A DNA stretch of 64,000 bases from Marsupella aquatica. Taxonomy: Eukaryota; Plantae; Marchantiophyta. Within the stretch, counting starts at the first letter, position 1. Every line of letters starts with the position of its first letter. The stretch lies in assembly GCA_973895155.1 (NCBI GenBank), contig OZ316897.1:19905224-19969223 (forward strand), in the 5' to 3' direction. The notes beneath the pieces are model-generated. The model made no database searches and was not told the origin of the DNA. It saw only the letters and a list, made by a program, of their open reading frames with translations. Below are positions 24,010-37,610 of this stretch, in pieces. The position numbers and the translations under genes are program-made.

Positions 24010-27000
24010 ATGGGTACTATACGCGATGGAAGCAAACGTTTGGATAAGACGCTGTCATCTGAAGATTTTACTTATAAGGATAACTTGTCTCGTATCGTGA
24101 GAAACCACATTCTCAAGTCCGATTTTGTTGAAGATGGTGAGTACCCCCAGAGCCACCCTCTCTGCTGTCCACTCCATTACATGTGTCTAGGTGAGAGCAA
24201 TTGTATTGAGAGAGGCTTTTGGGCAGCCGTTGTGAGCGGGGTTTTGGATGTTTAACCAAAGCCTACTGCTGAATGAACCTTTCTGGCCACCATTTGCATG
24301 CAAATCAATCCTTAGCAACGAGTTGTTGGAACCACGATCAATGATTCTGGCTCACATCTGTCTTCCGACCATACAGCCAATGTGGAACTACTGCCTCAAT
24401 CACAATATCAGTTGTTGGATCAGAAGGCACGGACTCCCCTTCTTCCATGGGCTGAAGGGTGCATTTTTTTTTGTTTCTTCTCTACTTCCTGGTGCTTACA
24501 GCGGCAAGATGACTATTGTCTCAATCCCTGTTCTCAATTCCATTTCGTTAGGTTCAGAATTGCGGGATTGCATGCCTTTGGCACAAACAGAGTTTATTAT
24601 TTGTGTTAGGCGTATAAGGTCCCGCCGGAGCAGATCGCTTTTGGTCAGTTCCCTGTTTCAGAGCACTCTTCGGTTCTTTTTCATTGTTGGTATTCTATAG
24701 AAGTAATGTGGATTGTAGTCTGCTCGTAGTTTCACATTTAGCATTGGCTGTAGAGGGCCTGGCGTCCATTTCGGACATAGGACTGTTCAAGGCGATTCCA
24801 AGGGATTATGCATGTTGCGTTGACGGGTACGCCTGTCTGATTGATATGGTGAGTTCACAGCAGCCTTACTGGGTAGGACCGGACCTGATCAGAAACTTCT
24901 TGACGCTCCTATCTCTGGTGCCCAGTGCGGGACTTCCCCTTCGGCACCTACATTTGGGGACAGATATCTAGAGAAGTTTTTTTTAGTATTCCCGCTGACG
25001 ACTGAATTGACCTTTAGCAGAATCCTGAAGAAGTCGGAATGATGAAGAAGATCGACCCTAGGGTTAGTATCGCTATTTTTTTGCGTTCGGGGTATCCAGA
25101 CACTATAATTTTTTGTCATTGTCTTGATGGTGGTCTTTTACTGTGATCTGTAGATGGGAAATCAGATCCCAAGGAAAAGCTTCTTGGAGGCAAGCACGTT
25201 GATGAAGTCAGTCAGTATTGGTCCGGTAAGATCTGGACTTTTTTGGATGATCTCAGAAGTGCGAGTGACAAGCTGACAGGAAAGTTAAAGACTACTGATG
25301 ACGTTGGTAGTCATCCACGAGAATGGAAGGTATGTTCTCACTTTTCCTCGTTGGGGTTGATAATTGTTTATCAGCTCGAAAGGTGATACCTGTAATCACA
25401 TAGACAAGCTTATAAAGTATTTATGATCATTTCAGTTGATGATTAACCTGAATTCGGAAGTTGATTTTGGGGATTACCATGAATGAACAGGCTTACGGGA
25501 GTATAGTATATCTAGGGCTTAGTCAAAAACGCCATATGATGTATCAATTCATTTTTGCCTGACTTGTTGCAGCTCAAGGACGAGAGTGAGAGCTATCGTG
25601 TGATGTATCGTGAAGGGCCCGAGGGTACACCTTTCCATACGCTGTGCCTAGATGGGGTTGTAGATGGTGATTTTGCTAGTGGTAAGATCGTCTCTGCGCC
25701 ACCTTGTTTATCTTTAAACTTTGCTCGCTCGTCAGTGAGACTAGAAACATTAAAAGCTGTCAGTATTGTACTTCGGATGACATCCCTAGAACTCATATAC
25801 TGGGGATAGGATATGGGTTCTGGTGTTCACATTAGTTTACGATAAATGCAAAGCTGATTACCTCTGCGTGCTGATGCAGCATTGTGCGTGGCATGGGAAA
25901 CCCCGTTGTTCAAAGAATGGTATGCATCGTTTTTTCTCATGAATGTACTCAATCCTAGCCAGAATTGCTACACTCTGTAAAGGATAGGGAAGAACCAACA
26001 AGTCCTGATGGAGCATGTCAATTTTTTCCCTCACGTCACAGATGTCATGAGTGATAATATGCAACTGCTTTACTTCTGGCAGGTGGCCTCAATTTACGGT
26101 GCCGACTTTCAAGATTGTTGAATCCAAATGGCTGCGAAGGATCCGAGTTGGGCAGGACCTATCGTTACTACGGTAAACCGACATAGTCGCATTAAGAAGC
26201 AGTTTTGCCAGAGTTTGGGTGCAGTCTAGAAAGTCCTTGCTGACTAACTGAAGGTTGTTTCTCTTTTTTAAGGTTCAAAGTTCCATGGCCAGTTGCACAA
26301 AGGGAGGTTGTAATGTCAGCATTCGAGATTGAATTGTTCCAGGAGGACCTTGTCATTGGACTTGTAGCATCGGTAAGACAATAACATTCCATCTAATTTT
26401 CTTGAGTTTCTAACAATTCCCTGGAAGTCCAGATGCGATGGAAGCCATTTTACTAAATCAATTTGTAAGGACTTTTGCCAGTGACAGGTTGCCGGTGATA
26501 TCATGCCCTTTTAATACCCCTCTAGCTCTACTTGTCAGTTAGACGTCATTTTCTTTGTACCTACAGATCAGCTGCACAAATCTGGAGTTTTGAGATGCAC
26601 ATCTATCATGAGCCTGGCCTGTTGCATCTACTTACTGTTTTCCGAAAGTATGCATCAGCCTTACGGCAGCGTGTTTGTTGTCTATTGTAGGTTCCAGATG
26701 CCGTTGAAATAAACGAGAACATTCATGGATATAGTGCAAGTGACTTGCCTCCATTGAATTCTCACGTAAGGATGGAGATTGGTGGCGGATTTGTCATGCA
26801 AAGAAAGTCGAAGGATCAATTTTTCTTTCGGTGAGTGGTCTGTGAAGAAGTCTCGTTTTCTGGGGAAGATCCCGTTATTGTTTAATTGGAGAGGTTTTGA
26901 AGTGAGATGGCAGAACAATGTCAAGGTTAGCGAACAAAAGGCCCAAGGAGGCAACCTTATCATTGGCTTTTTAGTGATTGAGGATGATGTTACTGTTGTT

Positions 27001-28667
27001 CAGCTTTCTTGCAATCAGTGAATTTCAGAGGAATGGTATGGGATGTCATGCCTCCATCTTCAGTGGGCGGAGGGTCCTAAGATATTGGCACAATGTGCAT
27101 TTGCAGAACAATAATTAGCATGGACATGAAGCTTGATTTTGTACCTCCCTGGATGATCAACTTCATCTCCAGACAATTGGCCGGCCAAGGCCTCAAACTT
27201 TATCAGAAGGTTAGTTTACGTTACATGTATAAATCTAAATGCAGTTCACTGTCACTTCTCCTGCATCTTCACTGTGAGTAAATGTAAGAGTATTGTTATT
27301 TTTCTGGCTACCAGGCAGAAAGATCTGTTCCAAGAAATCTAAGCATTCAGTCATGCTTTTGGGCCCGTTTTTCATCCCAGTGGCGTGATATTGGTTTATT
27401 TGCAATCTTGACGTCCAAAGCCTTCTGGACCCTGTTGATGTCGTTGTGGTAACAGGCTATTTTGGCTGCAAGCAATGGTACTGGTAGTGGCAAGGCATTC
27501 CAGAAACCTTTGAAGAACGGCCCCATGTATGACAGAGTCAGATCAGGTTTCGCAGCAAAGGAAGGAGCAAATGGGAACGCACATACCACCGAGGTTACGG
27601 AGAAGCCACTACCAAAGGAGAACGTCAAGGCAAAGAGTTTACAAGGAAGTATTCGAAGGATGGGCAGTTCTGAGTACAACCGAGTGGTTCCTTACCCAGT
27701 CAAGGCTGATGAAACCAAGGAAAGCTCTGGAGAAAGTGACGCTGCAATCACAAATGAATCCGGTCAATTACTAGTGGAATCTCCACCCGAGCATCTTGAG
27801 AATCGACCCGTTGAAGAGGTCAAACCCGCAGGGGTAGCTATTGATGAAATTAAACCTGATGTTGCCAGTACTAGCAAGGGTGTCCAAGCAAATAGAAAGC
27901 TCTCTCCAAATGAGGACGAAGTCCGGGAATACGATGATCCAGAGGTAGTGTGGGCTGTAAACATATTGGACAAGATGATCTCCTTTACCCGTTCCTGTGC
28001 AGCCGAGCAAGCCACAGCTTCTGAGTCTCTAGAAAGTAGATTGGAGAGCATACATTTGGATAGGAAAGATGCAGGATCAAGAGGGGCGCAAGTAAACGAC
28101 AGTAGTAAACCTCTTGCTCCTCCTGCAAAGAGAGAAAACAGTAACATAGTTGTAATCAAATCAACTTCAGCATCAAATAGAATTCATAAACCGGATAATA
28201 TTGAATCAAGCAGATTACAGGGTCTACAGTCATCAGGTGGGGATGCTGGAAGCTCTGGACACTCCAGCTTCTGGTCCACCAGTGAGATTGAGGTTATTTC
28301 TAGCCAAGATGATACTGATACAGATATTGGAGCAAGTGGAAGTGGAAGTCAGCCAAATGTTCAAGGACCTGAGATGCAGATAAAGCGGAGGTGGCGAAAA
28401 TGGCGGTGGACCTGTTTTTCTCCGAGCTTTTCAAGGAAAACTGTGGTACATGGAAGGGGAAAGTTTTATGCTCGGGATTTTGGAAGAGTCTCCGAAGGTC
28501 ATTTGAAACCTTTGATGGAGGAATCGGGCAGATATACCAACAACAGTAGAGGCTACATGACTGATGGCGATGAGAAATATGGTTCAAAGCATAGGTTAGA
28601 TTCGAAGGGCCGCTCACACGATAGATTTGTCACCTTGGGAGAAGTGTTGCTTGACGGTAACCGCTGA
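24010..28667 (+). CDS. START/SRPBCC (polyketide cyclase/lipid transport) superfamily protein with a long disordered C-terminus (~698 aa, 9 exons)
   Basis: Exons 24010-24136, 25154-25329, 25573-25681, 25880-25919, 26083-26172, 26273-26372, 26691-26830, 27107-27209, 27456-28667. All introns are GT-AG and the 2097 nt stay in frame. Motifs: RLDKTLSS, YRVMYREGPEGTPFH, WWPQFTVPTFK, KVPWP, KLDFVPPWMINFISRQL. A probable 5'UTR intron lies at ~23555-23637. Confidence 0.88.
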
Positions 28668-30449
28668 CAAGAACGCTGTCATTCTCCAGTCCAGAAAGCC
28701 ACATAGACTTGGCTGGCGCCCCATTGTCAAGCTCTGTCTCTACGAAGGTGCGCTAAGTGCTGTTTTTCTATTCTCTTTTCTTTTCCACTTCATGATGGTC
28801 CATACTAAACCCACGTTTTCAGGTGGAGAAAGTAGTTTCGGTTCCTGGACAAGACTGTCCATGAATGCACGCTAGAAATGGCCCTAATCGCCATAGATAC
28901 GTAGCTATGTACTGGAGACTGATCTGTTTGACGCTGTTTATAGGTTGCGGATGATGGATCAGCAAAGCAATGTCCATTCTTTACAGGACAGGCGTGCTTG
29001 CCTGCCTTTGAGCACCGGTCCTTCCTTGAAAGTTAGTGTAACTTGATTTATTTAAGAGGAGAAGATTATTAAAAGTTCTCTTTGGCTTTTAATCACTCAA
29101 CCTCGAAATCTTTGACGTTTAAAAATATTTCCTTTAGTAAATAAGCTGGAGAATTTTTTGGCAGGTACAGTTCTTCAACTTGCTGTGATGTCAAGTTTCT
29201 CTTTCAACCCCGTAACAAATTTAACCTTGTTGAGAGCACTGGACATCGGGCTGATTGCAGCCACGATCCCGAAGGTTTATTGGTGTTGAACTCTGGCAGA
29301 ATCCAGAGGGCCCGTTTTTAGCTTCTGGAAACCTGATCATGCTTCGAGAATAAACCCTAAATGCAGAATACTCCCATGAGCTGGGCGATGATCGTTAATG
29401 AATTGTCACTTTGATTGTACAAACCACACGCAAACTGAGAGAAACAGGCGGCGAGAATGCAACCTGCCTGTTGAGACGACCTGATCAAAATCTGGATGCA
29501 AAATGCCTCCCATGAACTACTGGGAGATGATCTTTAATTGTTGCTTTTCTTGATGCAGAATACTCCCATGAGTTGGGCGATGACCTCTAATTGTTACTTT
29601 TATCGTACAACCACAGTTTCGGGAATTCAGGAGCCAGTAGCAACAGTACCATAAATTTGGAAAATTGTATTATTCCTTCCTTCGTGACCCTTCACACTTG
29701 GCTCCTTTTAAGTCGACATCTAACCTACTGCCATAGTACAAATCAAGACAGTCATGACAATGTAAGACCTGGTCATGTTGGGTTTCAAAGTCATTGAGTT
29801 AGCGTTGTAATTTTGAGGAACCCTGCGAACCATCTGACACTTACCATAACGAGGATCTTGTACTGCTCATTTAATGTCATATTAATTTTTCAATCGTACG
29901 TGACCCTTGGGGACTTCCTTGGATACATGGGTGCAGTCCTTCCAATTCGAACCTTCACAAAAGGAAACTTGATTATTTACAACACATCGAGGCCTATTGC
30001 AATAACGATGTAGACACCCCTCGTCTGGATGCGCATTTCCGAAAGACGAAGCACTATGTCTGTGTCCAATAATAGTGATGGACTCTTGAAATGTCAACAC
30101 GGTAGACAACCATACACACCGGCTTGTCCTGAAGACACGAGCAACTTGACATATCCCTGTAGAGCATTGGTCACGAAGCTGGCTGCTGTTGCTAGCAGTA
30201 AAACCCTGTGACGGAGGGACGCTAAGAGTGTGTCCAGCAACCAGTCCAATGCAGAAGGACATTCTGAAAAATATATTGGGGACCCAATCACAAGGAAACG
30301 ATGTGGAATGAAGACCCAATGCTTGTTAATTGATATTCAACCAGATAATTCTCTTTTGTTTGGCTTTGGCCTGAACCCATGCCAAGATCTTCCAGAGCCT
30401 TGCCAAACTTCAAGATTCTTGGTCGGCAGTTCTGCAGGAATTTCACTTT

Positions 30450-31911
30450 TCAGCTTCTCAAGTGAATTTGAAGCTCCTCGCCACTTTTGGCCTGATCTGT
30501 GGCCTGTAAAGCAGGCTTTTCTATATTCTCTTTTGTTGGTACCCTATGTACCTTCGGGACAGCTTCAAGAGGAATTATGAAGGTTGTTCTTGGTTGGACA
30601 GATTCGAGCAACTTCACCTGAAGTTCCATCGCATCAAGGCGAGATTTCATGGCAAGAAAGTCCGTCTCAGGAAGCATGAAAACTGGTTCATCGTTGTTCT
30701 TGGCCTTGGTGTCATCCTTTTGCTCCTGTGGTACTTTAGAAGATTCAGTTTGGGGCGTCGAAGTGCTTGAAGGCTTGATTTCTTCATCCGTCAATTGTGC
30801 AGCTAGCTCTTCTGCAAAAGCAGGCTGTAGCTTTAATTGCTGAGCTTGCTCTCTCTCCTGCGAGGTTCGAGTTGCGACGGTGAGCAAACTCGTGGCTAGA
30901 GAGTAGCAAAGAGCACATTATTTTTATCTCCTTGCATCTTGCCTCAAGTTCCACGCAGTTGGCTATTTACTTGTCTAAAGTAGCTGACGTAGGAACATCT
31001 CTGTGCTTTAGAAACTCAAAGCAATCTTCCACAGGATAATTATTAATAGAAAGCCTTCGGAAGCAAGAAATCCAGGGGAGGGAGGATTTATGATGATACC
31101 TTTTCCATTCTTCGCATTTCATAGCGGGAATATTGGGCTGTTAGGTAGACAGCTGTGAGGGCAACAGAGAGTCATTGATGGTTAGTATAACAAGGAGGAC
31201 AAAGAACTTTGATTAGACTGTAACAGAGAGGCCTTCCCTCGACAAGTCTTTGCAGTCTGGGTGCAGATATTTTAATCTATGCATCAGGACACACAGAAAG
31301 CTCAAGTCCAAAAAGATACTTATTTGACCAAACAAATAGTTATGAAGGACAAATAAGCAGAACTGACGAGATTCAAACTGAGCACCGGGAAGAAACAAAG
31401 AACTTAGATTACCAAACGGAGGCAGTAAAGCGACGAAGAACTGCCAGAGGTGAAAGTCCAGCCTGGTCAATGTTCAAGCAAGAAACCTTCAATCAAGCAG
31501 ACAACAATCGTTGATCATTTGACTGCAAACCTATTGGAACAGAAATTCATTCCACGAAGATGATACGAGAAGTACATAAAACACAAGATTCCCTGATGAA
31601 AGTGGATAATGTAATCGTCGTGATCCCAAATCCCGGTTAATTCGATCATATGAAGCTTGTCAAGCGCAGCATGTGAACCAAACTCGATGACCTCCAAAAC
31701 CTAGTATTTCAGATCCAATCAAGGAAAGCGGTAGCTGCAGGTCTTCATAAGTCGAATATTTTTATTCAACTCAAGTGGGTACACTACCCAAAGCATCAAC
31801 GGTCCTTACTGTTGGGTCAAGCGCAGGCCCTAAATAAGTAAGACTCGTTCAATCCATTCCACCGCAAATCGCAGTCTTCGAAGGGATGGTTAGAGAGACA
31901 GTCTGACTAAC

Positions 31912-31959
<48 letters not shown>

Positions 31960-32182
31960 AGCCGCACCCGAATTTTTTGGGTTTGGAAGGGGTGGAGAAG
32001 AGTATCCTCGCAGCTGTGAAGAAATCCAAGCGATCTTCTCGAGCTGCTGCTTCCAGCTGCTGTCGCACTGCTTTCCCAGCCTCGGTATCCACCCCAGACG
32101 ACATCCTCCGAGCGCCACCGCTGCTGCAACTGCATCGACACAGTAAAGTCTGAAATCGGCTTCGGCCCAGGACTCCCGCCAT
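30450..32182 (-). CDS. Conserved plant uncharacterised protein with a predicted mitochondrial presequence, one hydrophobic segment and a coiled coil (4 exons)
   Basis: Exons 32182-31968, 31462-31413, 31152-31100, 30857-30450 join in frame: MAGVLGRSRF...ARRMSS...AARILFSTPSKPKKFG/LDFHLWQFFVALLPPF/AVYLTAQYSRYEMRRMEK/EREQAQ... The KKFGLDFHL..F...P.AVYL.AQY.RYEMRRME block is one I recall from a conserved plant family. Confidence 0.85.
31914..31955. repeat. (GA/TC)n microsatellite in intron 1 of the 30450-32182 gene
   Basis: About 21 perfect GA units. Confidence 0.95.
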
Positions 32183-32239
32183 CTCGGAGACCTCTCTTCA
32201 GCAGAGAAAAGAGCTTTTCAACTACATCACCATGCCCAC

Positions 32240-32705
32240 AGTGCTGAACTCTCAGCTCGACTATATCGTTTCTAAAGCTCAAGGCCCTGTGTAGAACCCC
32301 TTCGAACTACTTCACCATGTGCACAGTGCTAAATTCTCAGCTCGACTAGATCGTTTCTGAAGCTCAAGGCTCTCTATAGAATTCCAACAGAATACTGAGA
32401 ACTCAGATGAAGCAGTATGATGTCTAATGGGCAGCCAGGGTAGCATATTCCGTTTCTGAAGCTCAAGGCTCACTAGAGAATCCCAACAGAACAATGTGAA
32501 CTCATAGGAAGCAGGATGATGTCTAGCGTGCAGCAAGGGTAGCATGTATCGTTTCTAATACTCAAGGCCCTCTATAGAATTCCAATAGCATATTCATATT
32601 TTGAGTCTCACTTGAAACCCAACAGAGTAATGTGTACTCAGAGAGGAAGCAATGATTTCTAGTGGGCAGCCAGGTTACCATATTTTGTTTCTAAAGCTCA
32701 AGGCA
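32240..32705 (+). repeat. Degenerate tandem array (5 copies, units ~85-145 bp) directly upstream of the 32182 start codon
   Basis: The core gtttct.aagctcaagg recurs near 32268, 32354, 32452, 32551 and 32687. Confidence 0.8.
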
Positions 32706-34480
32706 CTGTCCCTAAGGTGAACTCAACAACTATGTTAAACTGCCAAAAAACATAAAAGCGCTCCGGGGGGAACCCAGTTACAAAGGTACCAGATCCAACA
32801 AATGAGAGAAAAGAAAACGGAGGGAGACCAAAGAGCCCACTGGTCCCAAACAACTCTAAAAGAACTAAAAGCCCTACTGAGGATCAAACTGAAAAGCCTG
32901 GTGGAGTCAAGAGTAAACCACCTAAGGGGGTCATGTAGTCAGTTTACGATAGCATATGAAGACACTAACATCTGATGACAATACAAATCTGCTGTGACAT
33001 CCACACATGGCAGACACCTAAAGCAATACTACTCTTCACTACAGTTAATGTTAAAGCATGTCCAACCCTTCCTACTAACCTTTACTGGACAGCCTTTGTA
33101 TAATTGAATTTGACCAAACCTAGTAATAAAATTACAACAAGTCATGATCAACTCATTAACTCTAAGGCTCTGGATCTTCAGCAACAGAATCTTTTGGTTA
33201 CTACATCTGTATTTAGAGACAATAAACAGTTTTTACCCCAGCAGTTTCCTTCCCATTAGCCACACTTTTTAAAATCATACGCACAAGCTGGGAGAAGAAC
33301 CAAAAGAGAAACTACTAGTCACAGGTAGGGAAGAGAGGTGGATGTTGCTCAGAGTGGGAGGAAAGTCCAAAGAGAAGGGAGGAATCATGCTGGTTGAGAG
33401 GGTAGTATTAAAAAAGAATGTTAATTTCTTTCAACAAATACCCTCTCATTGCAGTAAGATACACCTGATGCACTCAACTGGTAAAAAAGAATGTCCACCT
33501 TGTTTTGTAGGGTGATCCCCCAGGTGACCCGTGGCTTACCAAGCCTAAGGCGTTGACTCACTTTCTTCTTATAAATTGTATAGTAAAATTTAAATGCCAG
33601 TGGCAAGGCTAGTCACTAAAGGGGTTAATACCCCTCTTGTGGGTTTGATCACATAACCTACCAAGGGTATACAAACTAAAATTAAAGATATGAGTGGGTC
33701 TAACATGCATCAAAACTTACACTGATTCAATTTTGTGGCTTTTGTATGTGTTGGTGCTTGTTTGGAAAAACTTTTTACATCCAATTTGGTTGCCAAAAAT
33801 GATATCACAGTCACCAATACTTTATTTCATGCTGCTTTCTTCATTTCATGTCACTTTTTGTCAAAAATGGGCCACCTGTTGTGCTTGGTTAAGAGAGTTT
33901 GATGATAGGTTTATTTTATAAATTTCCATTCAAACCTCTGCTGAAAATGAAATCTGGAGGGACTCAGATGTTGTTTGAGCCCATCATTCCCATGGACTGC
34001 GCAAGTCTGCTAGTTTACACCAAAAAGAAAGTTTGATCTAGTGCATTTTGGATGGAAATTTGAGGAGACATCACTTTTGTGCCTGTTTTGTTAAGGATGC
34101 CCCAAGTAATTTTCAGGTGACCACCTGTAAATTGTCCTTTTAATGGGGCAAAGGTCAAGTGGAAGTCTTCTGAAGCTGAAATTTTCTAAGCATATTTTCT
34201 GATGTCTAAAATGTTACCTTACAAAGTTTGAGATTTTTCTGAGATTATTAGCTTGATTTCTGATGAGCACAAAAATAGTCAAATATTACAAATAAACTAT
34301 GTATATAATTTATATATTATAAATCAACTGAAAACAGATGCTTCACTTTTGTCAAAGACACCCTTGGTAGTTTGGGCATTAGCAATCATGACTTACCAGT
34401 TTTGGGTCCCACCTTTGGAATGACATTTCACTTTCATTTGTGAAGGACACCCTAAGTAGTTTGGGCAAAAGAAGCCACTA

Positions 34481-34800
34481 GTAGTTTGGTCAGTTGGCCA
34501 GAGGATGAGCCTAGAACCGAGAGGTCCAAGGTTCAATCCTCCCTCCACACATAAGGGGTGTGGAGGGTATGTGTGTGTGTGGGTGGGGTGTAGTGGTGGA
34601 AGTATTGATTATATCCTCAGCCCTGGTTGCCCACTTTGGGTTCTGGTTTAATCCTCTTTCCCTCCTGGTCTGGGTCCCTGTCGGATCCCTAGGTATTGTC
34701 CCCTTGTGGCTGCCCTACATAGAAATGCATGCTCCAAAGCAGGACGTCTATCCTCTGTTGGATGGGCCTGCTTTCGGTTTTCAAGGCAAAAAACAGAAAC
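34481..34800 (+). mobile_element. tRNA-derived SINE, copy 1
   Basis: A-box-like tggtcagttgg, B-box ggttcaatcc (34530-34539), GT-rich body, 3' end tttcggttttcaaggc followed by an A-rich tail. Homologous to 46741-47252. Confidence 0.7.
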
Positions 34801-36425
34801 CATGAGTAGTTTGGGCCTTAGTCTGGATGGTGTAAGTACATCGGGCCACAGTCTAGACACCACTATTTTGTGAGTAGGATGCTGTGAGTAAAGGAACCGA
34901 TGTGAGGGACGAGAGGTAGACCATCAAGACAATGTTCAGCCACTGAATAGGGTAGTGACCTGGCAATGTGACTCAAACAGGCTGCAAATGGTAACTTCCT
35001 TGTTTGTGAATCACATTTCAGTCAAACTGTTACTTGAGCCTTTTCAGAAGTTCTGCATGACTCCATCCTAGCTTTGGCTGTCCATCCACCCTTCATGTAC
35101 AGCCAACCTGCCAAACAATCCCGGCTTTATTTTCAGCATTGCAAATAGGTGTAAAATCATAAAAAAAAAAACAATTTGGTCAGGGCACCTCAATACTTGA
35201 CCATACTAGGATAACATTCTCCCATAACACAAGCGTTCTGGGAACTCCCATAAAACTTATGGGAGCCGATCTCCAGCAACCGTCACAAAAACCCACGGGC
35301 TCAACACTTAACCAATAATCTTAATAACTTTCCCAAAACTTAGGTGCAAAAGCAGAACCATGGAAGTACAGAAAGCTACAATTGAAGGCATGTGGGCCTT
35401 GCACCCATGGCTGTTGCATTTGAGGTTGCAGTGGACCAAGAATGAAATAAAAAAGGATATAATAATTATGCTATGAGACTAAGGTGAGGCCGGAACTCCT
35501 GGGGTAAGGCCGGTCCATGCTACCTCCCCTCATTTGTTAGATTCCTTAACTGGGTCCCCCATAATCAGAGTTACAAAATAGACCACAACTAATTTTCAAC
35601 CAAGGGCGAGCTTTGAGACCCCTATTGGAATCCCTGGGTCAACTGTGTAGTGAGGACCATCATAACATCAACTACAGTAGGTTACCCTAGTCCACTACAG
35701 TACATTGCCTCGAAAAAATCGGCGTGGTACAAACAGAGCCCATGGGGAACATGAAACCCTCAGCCTCATTCCACTGTCTTGTTGATGGGTTCGTGAGAAG
35801 AATCCATACACTGTACACTATAGGAACATACGTCGGAATTCTCGCAGTTGCGACCAGTTGAAAAAGGAGACTGGGTTTTTTTGCTTGATTCGGAGCTGAA
35901 TTTTGGAGGCAATTGCCCTCAGAACGCACGGAGATGTGGCGTCAGGTGGACCACATGAGCTTGGGCTGCTCAGAATTGTCGGGCCAAGGCGAAATTGGCA
36001 GGCAGGATTGCCGGCTCCGAGATACAAGGTAGAGCTGTACCTTGCATGTCGGGCGTTTGCTCGTGGCATCCAAATCTGGTGGGATTTGTGACGACACACA
36101 AATCGAGAGGTTAACGTCGGTTTCCTAGTATGTAATTCCGGTGAAACTTTCTTTCGCATTCTGCATTTTTGTGCGAATTCAATAGCGTGTTATCGTCCAA
36201 GTTGTGCTCCCTGATATGCTGTTGCTGCCTGAGTATCATGATTTGGAGTCCTGGTGTGTATTCTCCAGTTGCATGATTGAGGACAGTACTTGTGTATGAG
36301 TTCTCCTTGCGGGAGTTTCTCGTCAATTCGATGAGGAGTTCGTAAGTGCCTGGAAGGTGGAAGTTGTGCCCCCTCGTGCTGGGGATTTGTTTGATCTCGG
36401 GCAAACATTGTAGTGGGTGGTGAAG

Positions 36426-37610
36426 ATGGACCCAGAAGTGTGGAAGAATATACCAGATGAGCTGATCCCTCTAATTCTTGTGCGCTTGCCATGGTGGGGT
36501 AATCTGCAACTGAGGGGAGTTTGCAAGTCATGGAATGCGAAGCTCTCCGACCCTGAATTTTTCTCTAGGTTTAACACTGCTCTGGCCTCTCTTCCGCACT
36601 CACTCTACGGTATCTTGAGTCCTGGGATTCTGAGCACTGCAGGAACCTGTGCTGCTGTCAACCTCATAGGGAAGCATTACTGGAATGCACTTCCACGTCC
36701 GTCATCACTCCCTAATTTCCATGCTTCCGATTTTTTTGAGCTGCAAGCTTCTTCTGCTGGCCTCCTTCTGATGGAAGGAAAGCTCATTGAGAAAGGGAGA
36801 GTTCTCATTAACCCAGTGAACAAAACTCACAGGAGAGTACCTCCAGTGCCAACGCTTACAGAAGGGTGTTCTTCTGAGAATTACGTGGCTCGAGGAATAA
36901 TCAAAGAGCACACTCAGGGGATGGTGGTGGACATCCGCACGAAAAATGTTCGAATCATTGTTCTGCAGCACCAGCCTATCGATGGTCATGTGGTACCCAC
37001 TGCAAGAAATCAAACCTTCATGAGTGATTTGGAGCTTTGGAGAATTCATGTATATGACATGGGTAGGAATGCCTGGGACTTGGTGGCAAATTTGCAGAGT
37101 GAGCACTTGCAGAGAATCAAGGATGCCATTCTGGTAGGAGAGACTCTGTACATTCTTACCAAGCAGCCTAGCTCTAGACACAGGCATCGACACCGGGTGT
37201 TCAAATCCTCCGGAACTGAGCTGCTTGAAGTCCCTGCTGAGATTACCATAGACATCCCCACAGTGCATATATTCCAGCATCGAGGTAATCTGATGCTAGT
37301 CGGCGGGACAGTCGTAAAGCAGAGTGGTGTTGACATATGGAGGCTGGATGAAGATAGCGACAATTGGCACAAGGTTGTGTCTATGCCAGGTGACCTGGCG
37401 GACTCTGGATGGGGGCGTAAGGATTTTCAGATAAAGACGGAAGGAGACTTCCTGTGTTTGACCAGTTATGCCAAAAAGGACGTCCTTCTTCTTGTCAACC
37501 TCGTTAAGGAAGAGTGGGAATCCGTGAGTTGTAAAAATCATTACATATACCAGGACTGGGCTTCTATCCAAACATTTCTGTGGCAACCCAGATTGGACAT
37601 TGTTCTGTGA
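36426..37610 (+). CDS. F-box protein, single coding exon, C-terminal beta-propeller-like (Kelch/FBA-like) region, 394 aa
   Basis: MDPEVWKNIPDELIPLILVRLPWWGNLQLRGVCKSWN is an F-box motif; ASSAGLLL...INPVNKT...VPP and VYDMGRNAW are typical F-box-associated motifs. A probable 5'UTR intron lies at 36342-36413. Confidence 0.9.
   Translation: MDPEVWKNIPDELIPLILVRLPWWGNLQLRGVCKSWNAKLSDPEFFSRFNTALASLPHSLYGILSPGILSTAGTCAAVNLIGKHYWNALPRPSSLPNFHASDFFELQASSAGLLLMEGKLIEKGRVLINPVNKTHRRVPPVPTLTEGCSSENYVARGIIKEHTQGMVVDIRTKNVRIIVLQHQPIDGHVVPTARNQTFMSDLELWRIHVYDMGRNAWDLVANLQSEHLQRIKDAILVGETLYILTKQPSSRHRHRHRVFKSSGTELLEVPAEITIDIPTVHIFQHRGNLMLVGGTVVKQSGVDIWRLDEDSDNWHKVVSMPGDLADSGWGRKDFQIKTEGDFLCLTSYAKKDVLLLVNLVKEEWESVSCKNHYIYQDWASIQTFLWQPRLDIVL

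Noticed and set aside
33592-33613. Helitron-like 3' end (tgccagtggca hairpin followed by ctagt)
   Set aside because: The stem is too short and too close to CTAG, and no matching 5' end was found.
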